NCBI GenBank assembly: GCA_965215505.1
Contig: OZ244065.1
Coordinates: 5,056,001-5,120,000 of the forward strand
DNA from: Capsulimonadaceae bacterium
GTDB taxonomy: Bacteria > Armatimonadota > Armatimonadia > Armatimonadales > Capsulimonadaceae
DNA: 64,000 bases
Direction of reading: 5' to 3'
Shown: one piece after another, positions 10,044 to 18,761 of the stretch
How the letters are laid out: each line of letters begins with the position of its first letter
Position numbering within the stretch: position 1 is the first letter of the stretch
Program-made: the position numbers and the translations under genes
The notes under the pieces: generated by a model
Databases searched by the model: none
What the model saw: the letters and a program-made list of their open reading frames with translations, nothing else
Told to the model about the DNA's origin: nothing

Positions 10044-11024
10044 CTACGGTTCCAGCACGACCTTTCCGGTCGTCTTGCGGCCTGCAATCGCCTGGTGTGC
10101 CGAGGCGGCGTCGGCGAGAGCGAATCTGTCCTCGGCGATGATCGTCAGTTCGCCGCTCACGGCCCATCCGATAAGCCGCTTCAGCGTTTCGGGAATGACC
10201 TCGCGGGGCGTCCGTGTGAGGTTCCATCCCCGCACCGTCTGCCCGCCGAAGATCGTGCCTGACAAGTCCGCCCCGGTCAGCGCCGTCTCCGACGTGGCTT
10301 GTGCGCCGTATACGACCCAGTACCCCCCATCGGCCAGCGGCTTGAGGCCCCCTGCGCTGTCGCCCGTGGCGTCCAGAAAGATGTCCACGCCCTTGCCGCC
10401 TGTGGTGGTCTTCACCTGCTCCGGCCAGCCCTCCCGCGTGTAGTCTACGACGGCATCCGCGCCGAGCGCCGTGACTTTGGCTCGCTTGTCGTCGGTAGAG
10501 GCCAGACCGATGACGGTCCCCGCCCCCAGCAGCTTGGCGAGCTGCACCAGCAGCGAGCCGACGCCGCCTGCCGCGCCGCTGATGAGTACGCTTTTGCCTT
10601 TGATTTCAGGGACCGCCAGCGTCAGCAGACCGTGTGCCGTCAGTCCTTGGATGAGCAGGGCGGTCGCTTCGGCGAAGCCAAGCGCTTCCGGGATGGGGGC
10701 GGCCCCAGCGGCTTCGACAACGGCGTACTCGGCGTACCCCCGCGTGCAGTTTTCCGAGGTCAGCGACAGAGCGCGGTCGCCGACGCTCCAGCCCGTCACG
10801 CCGTCGCCGACTTCGGAGACTATCCCGGCGGCTTCATAGCCGGGCACGAACGGCGGCGGCGGGGCGGGCGGGTAGTGGCCCTCGCGCGCAACGAGGTCTG
10901 CGAAGTTAATTCCCGCCGCCTTGACTTCGATCACGATCTGCCCCGGCCCGGCGGTCGGGGTCGGCTGATCAATGAGTTGGAGCACTTCCGGGCCGCCGGA
11001 GCGCGTGACTTGGATTGCTTTCAT
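10044..11024 (-). CDS. NADPH:quinone oxidoreductase family protein (MDR)
   Basis: GGPEVL, GINFAD, PGYEAAG, SGAAGGVGS, TTGKVVL. Confidence 0.92.
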   Translation of the reverse strand: MKAIQVTRSGGPEVLQLIDQPTPTAGPGQIVIEVKAAGINFADLVAREGHYPPAPPPPFVPGYEAAGIVSEVGDGVTGWSVGDRALSLTSENCTRGYAEYAVVEAAGAAPIPEALGFAEATALLIQGLTAHGLLTLAVPEIKGKSVLISGAAGGVGSLLVQLAKLLGAGTVIGLASTDDKRAKVTALGADAVVDYTREGWPEQVKTTTGGKGVDIFLDATGDSAGGLKPLADGGYWVVYGAQATSETALTGADLSGTIFGGQTVRGWNLTRTPREVIPETLKRLIGWAVSGELTIIAEDRFALADAASAHQAIAGRKTTGKVVLEP

Positions 11025-11042
11025 GGGGTGTTCTCCTGTGAA

Positions 11043-11756
11043 CTACCAGGGCAGGGTTTCGCCCAGGTGAAAGAAGCCGCCGGTCGGGCCGTCATCCGGC
11101 AGGGTGGCGAGGGTGACGGCGGTCTTGGCCCCCTCTTCCACGCTCAGGTCGCCGCCGGGGTTCATGTCGGTCTTGACCGAGCCGGGGTGGGCGATGTTGA
11201 CCTTGACGTGGGTGTCCTTGAGTGTGGCGGCCTGGATCACGCCCAGCATGTTGAGGGCGGCCTTGGACGAGTTATAGGCGGGCAGCATCCAGGTCGGCGG
11301 CAGATCGCCCGAGGCGTTGAGGGCGAGCGAGCCGAGGCCGCTGGAATGGTGGACGACGCGGCCCGCCGGGGCGGCCTTCAGCAGCGGCAGCAGGGTCTCG
11401 GTCAGGAAGAAGGGGGCGATGACGTTGGCGTCATAGGTCCGGGCCAGGACTTCGGGCGTTACGCCCTCGGCTTCGAGCATGACGCCCGCGTTGTTGACCA
11501 AAACATCCAGCCGCCCGAAGTGTTCCTGCAAGAACGCCAGGGCCGCCGCGCGGTCGGCGGCGTCCGTCACTTCCAGCTTGAGGGTGTGGGCGTCAATGCC
11601 TTCGCCCTTCAGCGTGTCGGCGGCGGCCTGCCCGCGCTGCGGGTCGCGTGACCCCAGGATGACGACGATGCCCTGCTTGCCGAGCTGCCGGGCGATCTCC
11701 AGCCCGATGCCCTTGTTCGCGCCCGTGATCAGGGCGACTTTCTTGTCGGTTGTCAT
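11043..11756 (-). CDS. SDR family carbonyl reductase-like oxidoreductase
   Basis: ALITGANKGIG, LVNNAG, YNSSK, HPGSVKTDM, PTGGFFH...LPW; start MTTDKK after AGGAG. Confidence 0.93.
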   Translation of the reverse strand: MTTDKKVALITGANKGIGLEIARQLGKQGIVVILGSRDPQRGQAAADTLKGEGIDAHTLKLEVTDAADRAAALAFLQEHFGRLDVLVNNAGVMLEAEGVTPEVLARTYDANVIAPFFLTETLLPLLKAAPAGRVVHHSSGLGSLALNASGDLPPTWMLPAYNSSKAALNMLGVIQAATLKDTHVKVNIAHPGSVKTDMNPGGDLSVEEGAKTAVTLATLPDDGPTGGFFHLGETLPW

Positions 11757-11775
11757 CTGTGTGATCTCCTGTAAA

Positions 11776-11853
11776 TGGGTTCGCCCCCGGCCCCCAATTC
11801 TGGGGGGTAGGAGTGTCTGACTCCCCCAGAATTGGGGGCCGGGGGCGAACCCA
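11776..11853. repeat. REPIN-like palindromic element, family C
   Basis: Perfect ~31-bp inverted arms TGGGTTCGCCCCCGGCCCCCAATTCTGGGGG / CCCCCAGAATTGGGGGCCGGGGGCGAACCCA around a short spacer. Confidence 0.85.
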
Positions 11854-11856
11854 GCC

Positions 11857-12468
11857 TTATGCCCCGGCGAGCGACTTGATCTGCTCACGGGCGGCGGCAA
11901 GCGCCGTCGGCGTCTCGTCGCCGCGCGACGTGTTGTTGACGTGGATATAGGTCTGGTCGGTGACGCCGGCCAGGCCGAAGGCGGCACGGATGGCGGGGTC
12001 CTGGACGTTGTAGGCCTCGCGCGCCTCGCCCGGCCCGTAGCCGCCGCCGCCGCGTGCGGTTACGACGAACAGCTTCTTGCCGGTCAGCAGGCCCGAGTAG
12101 TTGGCGGGGTTGAAGGTTTCGCCTGCCCGGATGACCTGGTCGATGTAAGCCTTGAAGACGGACGGGACGCCAAAGTTGTACATGGGGACGCCGAAGACGT
12201 AGATGTCGGCGCTCTTCAGCTCGGCGATCAGCTCGTCGGACAGCTTCAAAGCCTCGACCTGGGCGGGCGTCCGGGACTCGGCGGGCGTGTACATCGCGCC
12301 GATGAACTCCTCGTTGACGTGCGGGATGGCCTGGTGGCCCAGATCGCGGACGGTGACGGTGTCGCCGGGGTGGGTCTGGAGCCAGGCCTGGACGAACTCG
12401 CCGGAGATCGTGCGCGAGTGCGAGGCATCGCCGCGCGGGCTGGCGTCGAGGTGCAGGATGTGTGCCAT
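11857..12468 (-). CDS. azoR: FMN-dependent NADH-azoreductase
   Basis: ILHLDASPRG..SHSR, SDELIAEL, PMYNFGVPSVFKAYIDQV.RAGETF, ARGG. Confidence 0.93.
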   Translation of the reverse strand: MAHILHLDASPRGDASHSRTISGEFVQAWLQTHPGDTVTVRDLGHQAIPHVNEEFIGAMYTPAESRTPAQVEALKLSDELIAELKSADIYVFGVPMYNFGVPSVFKAYIDQVIRAGETFNPANYSGLLTGKKLFVVTARGGGGYGPGEAREAYNVQDPAIRAAFGLAGVTDQTYIHVNNTSRGDETPTALAAAREQIKSLAGA

Positions 12469-12502
12469 GGGTTTTCTGTGTTCCTTCTAAACGGGCGGGC
12501 GT

Positions 12503-12527
12503 GAAACGAGACGCGGCGTTTCGTTTC
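12503..12527. promoter_or_regulatory. candidate TetR operator upstream of azoR and the oxidoreductase cluster
   Basis: Dyad GAAACGAGACGC-G-GCGTTTCGTTTC (11/12 arm match) about 35 bp before the azoR start. Confidence 0.6.
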
Positions 12528-12590
12528 TCTGACCGGGAAACACGCCGCCCCCGCCGTTCGTTCCCGGAAGGCTCTGACGTTATTCTGAAG

Positions 12591-13220
12591 CTATTTGGGG
12601 AGGGGACAGGAGGGGCGCAGGCCCTGGAAGACGAGGGAAAGCAGGGCGTCCACGAAGGCCGCGTCGAGCGGGGCATGGCCCGCCGTCAGCCGGTAGTAGA
12701 GCGGCCCATAGAGGGCGTCGGCGGCGGTTTCTAGGTCGGCATGGGGGCAGAGCTGGCCGCGCTCGCGGGCGCGTTCCAGGACGCGGCGCGTTTCGGCCCG
12801 GCGCGGGGCGAGGTAGCGGGTGCGGAAAGCCTCGGCGGCCTCGGGGTCCGACTGGGCTTCGGCCAGGACGCCGCGCAGGACCGTCCCCATGCGCCCGCTC
12901 AGGGCGCAGGCGAGGGCGCGCATCTGGCCGCGCAGGTCTTCCTCCAGGCAGCCCGTGTCCGGGAACGGGGCGCAGGGTCCGGTGGCGGCAAGAAAAGCGT
13001 CCATGACGACGGCGGCCTTGCCGGGCCACCAGCGGTAGATGGTCGCCTTGCCGACCCCCGCCTCGGCGGCGATGGCCTCCACGGTGACGGCGGCGAACCC
13101 GTCGCGCGCCAGCAGGTCGCCCGCCGCCCGCAGGACCGCCTGCCGGGCCGACTCGCTGCGCGGCCGGCCCATCTTGCAGGCCGTCGGGGCGTCACAGTGC
13201 TGGCCGTCTGCTTCTTCCAT
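12591..13220 (-). CDS. TetR/AcrR family transcriptional regulator
   Basis: GRPRS, VTVEAIAAEAGVGKATIYRWWPGK HTH; LYGPLYYRL C-terminal motif; ATG 6 nt after TATACT. Confidence 0.93.
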   Translation of the reverse strand: MEEADGQHCDAPTACKMGRPRSESARQAVLRAAGDLLARDGFAAVTVEAIAAEAGVGKATIYRWWPGKAAVVMDAFLAATGPCAPFPDTGCLEEDLRGQMRALACALSGRMGTVLRGVLAEAQSDPEAAEAFRTRYLAPRRAETRRVLERARERGQLCPHADLETAADALYGPLYYRLTAGHAPLDAAFVDALLSLVFQGLRPSCPLPK

Positions 13221-13258
13221 GGGGGGAGTATACCCGCAATGGGGCAAACGGCGGGGCA

Positions 13259-13624
13259 TCAGCCTCCGGCGGCGGCGAGCAGGGGGGCGAGCAGAGAGTT
13301 CAGGCGCACGTTCTGGTCGGCCAGGGGGAGCATGAACGGAGTGCCGTCCGTCGGGAGTTGGGCACCCGGCAGGTCGCGCAGGCGGGAGAAGAAGTCGGTC
13401 AGGGCCGCATCCAGTTCGGGCGCGCTGCCGAACTCCCGGTGCCGCCACTCGACCGCCTCCTCCGTCTCCGTGTTCAAGATCTCGGTGTCGCAGTAGCCCC
13501 GGCCCGTGTCTATCTGTCCGACGGTGACGCGCGCCATGTGGCCCGGCAGAGTCAGGTCCATGTACATGCTGCCGCCGTCCGGCGCTTGAACTGTCTCAAA
13601 GTGGATTAATTGGAGGTTATTCAT
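13259..13624 (-). CDS. hypothetical protein
   Basis: Globular-looking ORF MNNLQLIHFETV... between co-oriented genes; no recognised motif. Confidence 0.6.
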   Translation of the reverse strand: MNNLQLIHFETVQAPDGGSMYMDLTLPGHMARVTVGQIDTGRGYCDTEILNTETEEAVEWRHREFGSAPELDAALTDFFSRLRDLPGAQLPTDGTPFMLPLADQNVRLNSLLAPLLAAAGG

Positions 13625-13831
13625 CTGTGTGGTGGCCTCGGCTACTCTGAGGTAGGGAATGGGCACCCTGGCTATGTGTCCCGCATGCAGCCTTAACGAC
13701 CGGGACAGCCGGGCGAGTGCCTAGAACGAGTGATTGAAATCACTCGTTTTGGCTCCTCCGGCCCGCCACCCCGAGTGCCGCCGCATGACGTCAGTTGTGG
13801 TAAGATGAGGGCCAAAGACAGGAGACGCACC

Positions 13832-13987
13832 ATGCCGACCGAACCAGCCCAATCTCCCGAAAAATCCGCCGAAAGCGCCAACGCTGAAATGTATGAGGCG
13901 GCCACCCTGCTTGGCACCGACAGCGAGATGAGCGACGTGGGCTTCGCATTTGGCGCCCAGGCGGAAGTCGCGACGGCCAACGACTAG
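13832..13987 (+). CDS. small acidic hypothetical protein (possible orphan antitoxin-like peptide)
   Basis: AGGAG RBS, upstream TGG-TAAGAT extended -10-like element; 51 aa MPTEPAQ...SDVGFAFGAQAEVATAND. Confidence 0.5.
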   Translation: MPTEPAQSPEKSAESANAEMYEAATLLGTDSEMSDVGFAFGAQAEVATAND

Positions 13988-13990
13988 TGC

Positions 13991-16900
13991 CTAATGCGCG
14001 CCCTTGTGCCGCGTCAGCCCTTCCAGGCTCACAAACAGCACGGGGGCGATGAGCAGCGTGAACAGGGTGGAGACGGACAGGCCGCCGATGACGGCGATGG
14101 CGAGCGGTTTCTGCAAGGCCGCCCCCGCGCCAAGCCCTAATGCCAGCGGCATCAGGGCGAGGATCGCGCCGATGGTGGTCATCAGGATGGGGCGCAGGCG
14201 CTGCTCGCCCGCCTCGGCCATGACGGCGGCCAGGGGCCTGTCGGGGTGCTGGCGGCGCAGGTGGTTGAAGAAGTCGAACAGGACGATGCCGTTCTCGGTG
14301 ATGATGCCGATGATCATGATCGCGCCGGTGAAACTGGAGATGTTGAGCGGCGTCTTGGTCAGGAAGAGGGCGAGCAGGACGCCGAACAGGGACAGGATGG
14401 CGGCCAGCAGCAGGGCGGCGGCCTGGCGGATCGAGCGGAACTGGAACACCAGGAGGGTGAAGACCAGCAGCATGGTCACCAGAAGCGTCGTGCCCAGCTC
14501 GCTGAAGGACTGCTGCTGGCTGGCATAGAGGCCGCCGTACTCGATGCTGTAGCCGGGCGGCAGCGGCACCTGCTTTTTGACCTGGGCCTGGATGTCCGAG
14601 GTGGCGCTGCCTAGGTCGCGGTTTTTGAGGCTGGCCGTGACCGAGATCATCTGCCGCTGGTCCTCGCGCGTCACCTGCGAGGCACCCGGAAGGCGCTCGA
14701 CGGTGGCGACCTCGCTGATGGGGATGTCCCCGCCGGTCACGGGGGAGGCGACGAGGATGTCGGGCAGGAAGTTCTGGTCCAGCGCCTGGCCGGGGTGGGC
14801 CAGCACGACCCGGACGCCGACCGCCTCCTCCCCTTGCTGGACGCGGGTCGGCTCGACCCCCTGCAAGGCGGCCGTCGCGGCCTGCGTGATGTCGTCCGCC
14901 GTCAGGCCGTAGCGCTGCGCCCGGTCGGTGTTGACGGTCAGGACCGCCTCGGGGTTGCTGTGGACGACGCCGCTGACGTCGCCGACGATGTAGGGCAGCT
15001 TCGCCAACACGCCGTCCACCTGCTGCGCCAGGGTTTCCAGGGTGGCCTGGTCCGACCCGAAGATCTTGACCTCCACGGGGTTCGGGCTGCCGGCGATGTC
15101 GCCGATGTTGTCCTGCAAGGTCTGGTGGAAGTCCACGTCGGCGGCCGGGAATTTGGCCGTCACCTGGGTCCGCACGTCGTCCATGATCTCATCAATGTCG
15201 CGCGTCCGGTCCGACTTCAGCCGGACGGACATGTCGCCCCGGTTCTCGGTCGTGATGTCGAAACCGAGCTGCGCGCCGGTCCGCCGCGACCAGGCGGCCA
15301 CTTCGGGCGTGTGCGCCAGCACGGCCTCGATCTGGCCCGAAACCTTGTCGGCCTCGGCCAGCGAGGTTCCGGCGGGGAGCTGGTAATCCAGCACGAAGCC
15401 GCCCTCGTCGAATTCGGGGAAAAAGCCGGTTTCGATGCGGTTGTAGAGGAGATAGGTGCCGAAGATCAGTGGCAGCAGCAGCAGGAGAACGACCGCCTTG
15501 CGCCGCAGGCACCAGCCCAGGACGCGCGCGTAGACGCGCACGATCCGGTCGAACTGCCGGGGGAAGAAGCCGAGAACGCGCGCCCCGAAGGACGGCTTCT
15601 TTGCCGGCGCTTCGGCCCTGGCCGGCAGCAGCCAGCCCGCGAGGATGGGCGTCAGCAGCAGGGACAGTGCGAGCGAGACGGCCAGGGTCGCGATCATCAC
15701 GAGCGACAGCGGCCCGAAGAACTGTCCGGTCAGGTCATTCAGAAAGGTCAGCGGCAGGAACGCGGCCATGGTGGTCAGCGACGACCCGATCATGGCAGGC
15801 GTAATCGCCTTCAGCCCCGCCGCGATGGCCTCCGGGCGTTCCTTGCCACTTTCAAGCTCGTGGTACATGTTCTCCACGACCACGATGCCGTCATCAATCA
15901 CCAGGCCCAGGGCAACGGCCAACGCGCCCAGGGTCATGATGTTCATCGTCTGCCCCAGCAGCTTCATCAGGGCGAACGTGATGACGACGGTGAGCGGCAG
16001 GATGATCAGAACGATGGCGGCAGTCCGCAGGTTGCCGAGAAAGAACATCAGCACGACCAGGGCCAGCGCGCCGCCTAAGATCAGAGCCTCGATGACGCTG
16101 TGCTGGGACCCGATGACGATGTCCGCCTGGTCGTAGAAGTTCGTGACGGTGACGTCCGGCAGCAGCGGCGCGGCCTCGGCCAAGGTCTTGCGGATGCCGT
16201 CCGAAACCTGCACCGTGTTTCCCGTGGGCTGCTTGATGATATTGAGCAGGACGGCGGGGCGGCCGTCGCCGCTCGCCTCGACGGTGTGCGCCTCGACGCT
16301 CTGCCGGACGGTCCCCACCTGGCCGACGGTGACGGGGACGCGGTCCTTGACGGCGACGGTGACGTTCGCGATGTCCCTGGTCGTGCTGAACAGGCCCGAG
16401 ACGAGAATCTGGTAGCGGAGGAACGACTGCTCGTAGTGCCCGACGGCGTTGATCTCGTTGTTCTTCGCCAGCGCGTTTTCCACGTCCGAGGCGCTGACAC
16501 CGCGCGCCAGCAGGGCGGTGGGGTTCAACTCCACCAGGAAGTCCGGCGTGTCGCCCCCCTGCACGGCGATCTCGCGGACGCCCGGCACGCGCAGCAGGCG
16601 CGGGCGCAGGGTGTAAAGGGCGAGCCGCCGAAGCTCCTGCTGGCTGACCGTCTTGGAATACAGGCTGTAGCCCATGACCGGGAAGACGGACGGGTTCAGC
16701 CGCTCCGCCGTGACGTTCGTCCCCGGCGGCAGTGTGGTCTGGACCGTGGCGATGCGGGCCTGGACCTGCTGCAAGGTCGAGGCCATGTCCGTACCCCAGT
16801 TGAAGTTCACGTCCAATTCATCGCCGCCCCGCTGTGTCAGGGAGTGGACGCGGGCGACTCCGGGGACGCCCGCCACTGCGTTCTCCAGGGGCCGAGTGAT

Positions 16901-17086
16901 GTTGGCAAGGACGGTCGGGATGGGCGTATCCCCGGCATCCGCCGAAACGATGATGCGCGGGGCGGTCAGGTCGGGGAAGATGGCGACCGGCAGAGCCTGC
17001 GAGGCGTAGAACCCGCCCAGGCAGAGCAGGACGGTCAGCAGCAGGATGGCCTTGCGGTAGTGCTGGACGAACGCGCTAAGGCCCAT
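13991..17086 (-). CDS. RND efflux transporter permease subunit (AcrB/CusA family)
   Basis: LPVAIFPD, GLVIDDGIVVVEN, FFPEFDEG, RLRPILMTT, PLAIAVIGGL; start MGLSAF. Confidence 0.95.
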   Translation of the reverse strand: MGLSAFVQHYRKAILLLTVLLCLGGFYASQALPVAIFPDLTAPRIIVSADAGDTPIPTVLANITRPLENAVAGVPGVARVHSLTQRGGDELDVNFNWGTDMASTLQQVQARIATVQTTLPPGTNVTAERLNPSVFPVMGYSLYSKTVSQQELRRLALYTLRPRLLRVPGVREIAVQGGDTPDFLVELNPTALLARGVSASDVENALAKNNEINAVGHYEQSFLRYQILVSGLFSTTRDIANVTVAVKDRVPVTVGQVGTVRQSVEAHTVEASGDGRPAVLLNIIKQPTGNTVQVSDGIRKTLAEAAPLLPDVTVTNFYDQADIVIGSQHSVIEALILGGALALVVLMFFLGNLRTAAIVLIILPLTVVITFALMKLLGQTMNIMTLGALAVALGLVIDDGIVVVENMYHELESGKERPEAIAAGLKAITPAMIGSSLTTMAAFLPLTFLNDLTGQFFGPLSLVMIATLAVSLALSLLLTPILAGWLLPARAEAPAKKPSFGARVLGFFPRQFDRIVRVYARVLGWCLRRKAVVLLLLLPLIFGTYLLYNRIETGFFPEFDEGGFVLDYQLPAGTSLAEADKVSGQIEAVLAHTPEVAAWSRRTGAQLGFDITTENRGDMSVRLKSDRTRDIDEIMDDVRTQVTAKFPAADVDFHQTLQDNIGDIAGSPNPVEVKIFGSDQATLETLAQQVDGVLAKLPYIVGDVSGVVHSNPEAVLTVNTDRAQRYGLTADDITQAATAALQGVEPTRVQQGEEAVGVRVVLAHPGQALDQNFLPDILVASPVTGGDIPISEVATVERLPGASQVTREDQRQMISVTASLKNRDLGSATSDIQAQVKKQVPLPPGYSIEYGGLYASQQQSFSELGTTLLVTMLLVFTLLVFQFRSIRQAAALLLAAILSLFGVLLALFLTKTPLNISSFTGAIMIIGIITENGIVLFDFFNHLRRQHPDRPLAAVMAEAGEQRLRPILMTTIGAILALMPLALGLGAGAALQKPLAIAVIGGLSVSTLFTLLIAPVLFVSLEGLTRHKGAH

Positions 17087-18761
17087 GCGAGGCCCCCCCC
17101 GCGCCACCGGACGTGGCCGGCGCAGACGTGGCCGGCGCGGATGCTGTGGGTGCGGATGGTGCGCTCGCGGGCACAGACGGCGCATTGGCGGGCGCAGATG
17201 GGGCCGGTGCGCTCGGCGCGGGCGGGGGCGTCCCGGCGGCCGGGCTGGGGGCGGGCGTCGGAGCGCTCGTCCCGCCTGATGTCGCCGATGGCGCGGCCTG
17301 CGTGTTCAGGCCCGGCGCGTCCTGTGCCGACGGCGCGGGATGCACATCGGCGGCGGGGGCCGGGGCCTCGGCGGGCGCGTCCTTGTCCGACGCCTTTTCC
17401 ACCTCCACCTCCGCGCCGTCCGGCAGGCCGTACTGACCGGAGATCGCTACCTTCTGCCCCTCCGTGACCCCGCTCGTGATCTCCACCTGACCGCCCACCG
17501 ACAGCCCGGTCTGGACCGGGACGACGTGGGCCTTGTTGTCGTCCCCGACCGTCACCACGCTGCTCTTGCCCGTGTCCGGGTCGGAGAGCAGGGCGGCGCG
17601 CGGGACAATCAAGACGCCCTCGCGGCGCTCGGTCACGATCTGGACGCGGGCCAAAGTGTCGTCCCGGAGCAGGCGGCTGGAGTTCGCGACCAGGGCCAGG
17701 GCGGGCACCGTGCCGGTCGTCGCATCCACGCTGGGGGCGACGGATTGGATGCTGGTGCGGAAGACGCGGCCGGGCAGGCTGCCGACGGTGAACGAGAGCG
17801 GCTGGCCCCGATGCACCTGGGAGACCACGTCGCCGGGCAGGCTGATCTTGAGCTGCAAGAGGCTCAGATCGGCGATGACGGCGACCTTCGTGGTCGTGTC
17901 CAAAGTCTCTCCGACGGTCGTACCCACCGAACTCACATAGCCCGAGAGCGGCGCGCGCAGGGTGTAAAGTGCGGCTTGGGAGCGCGCCGTGGTCAGCGCG
18001 CCCAAGGCGTTCCGCACCTGCTGCCGGGCGACCAGCACGTCCTGACGCTTGACCACGTCCTGCGCCGCTGCCGCCCGCGCCGCCGCGACGGCGGCCTGCT
18101 GGCCCGCGACCGTCTGCCGCTGGCCCGCGACCGTCTGCTCCTGGGCGTCCCGCTGGGCCTGGGCGGTGCGGAGGGCGAGCTGGGCCGCCTCGACGTCTTT
18201 CTCCGCCACCAGTCCGTCGGCGTAGAGCTTCTGGGCGCGGTCGAGACTCTGCCGGGCGTTCAGCAGGCTTGCCTCCGCCCCGGTCAGTGTCGCCTGCGCC
18301 CCCAGCAGGGAAGCCCCGGCGTTCTTGAGGCCGATCTGGGCTTGCAGGATGGCTGCGCGCGTCTGGGCCTGCTGCTGCAAAGCGTTCACCTGGGCCTGCT
18401 GCACCTGGAGCTGGTTCTGCCCGAGGGTGGCCTGCGCCTGCTGGATCTGGCCGGCGAGCTGCCGCGTGGAAAGCCGCGCGACCACCTGCCCCTTTTGCAC
18501 TGTCTGCCCATAGCGGACCAGTAGGGCGTCCAGGACGCCCGCGACGGGCGGGCTGAGTGTCGCTTCGCGGCCTGGAAGCGTCTGCAAAGTCCCCGTGGCC
18601 GGCGTCAGCCGCTCCAATGTCCCGCGCGTCACGGCGGCGACCTGGACGGTCGGGGCGGGCGGGTCCTTCGCTTCTTCCTTCTTTTCGCCGCCGCCATGCC
18701 CGCACCCGGCGGCGAGGAGGGCGAGCAGCGGGAGAAATAGCATCCTGTGTTTCCGTATCAT
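17076..18761 (-). CDS. RND efflux periplasmic adaptor (MFP), probable lipoprotein, Pro/Ala-rich tail
   Basis: LAAGC lipobox, GQTVQKGQ lipoyl-like motif, long coiled hairpin, LRAPLSG, VPRAAL, VEITSGV..GQKV. Confidence 0.92.
   Translation of the reverse strand: MIRKHRMLFLPLLALLAAGCGHGGGEKKEEAKDPPAPTVQVAAVTRGTLERLTPATGTLQTLPGREATLSPPVAGVLDALLVRYGQTVQKGQVVARLSTRQLAGQIQQAQATLGQNQLQVQQAQVNALQQQAQTRAAILQAQIGLKNAGASLLGAQATLTGAEASLLNARQSLDRAQKLYADGLVAEKDVEAAQLALRTAQAQRDAQEQTVAGQRQTVAGQQAAVAAARAAAAQDVVKRQDVLVARQQVRNALGALTTARSQAALYTLRAPLSGYVSSVGTTVGETLDTTTKVAVIADLSLLQLKISLPGDVVSQVHRGQPLSFTVGSLPGRVFRTSIQSVAPSVDATTGTVPALALVANSSRLLRDDTLARVQIVTERREGVLIVPRAALLSDPDTGKSSVVTVGDDNKAHVVPVQTGLSVGGQVEITSGVTEGQKVAISGQYGLPDGAEVEVEKASDKDAPAEAPAPAADVHPAPSAQDAPGLNTQAAPSATSGGTSAPTPAPSPAAGTPPPAPSAPAPSAPANAPSVPASAPSAPTASAPATSAPATSGGAGGASHGP

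Noticed and set aside
18096-18140. 21-bp tandem duplication in the MFP (QTVAGQR/QTVAGQQ)
   Set aside because: Ordinary heptad duplication in a coiled-coil hairpin.
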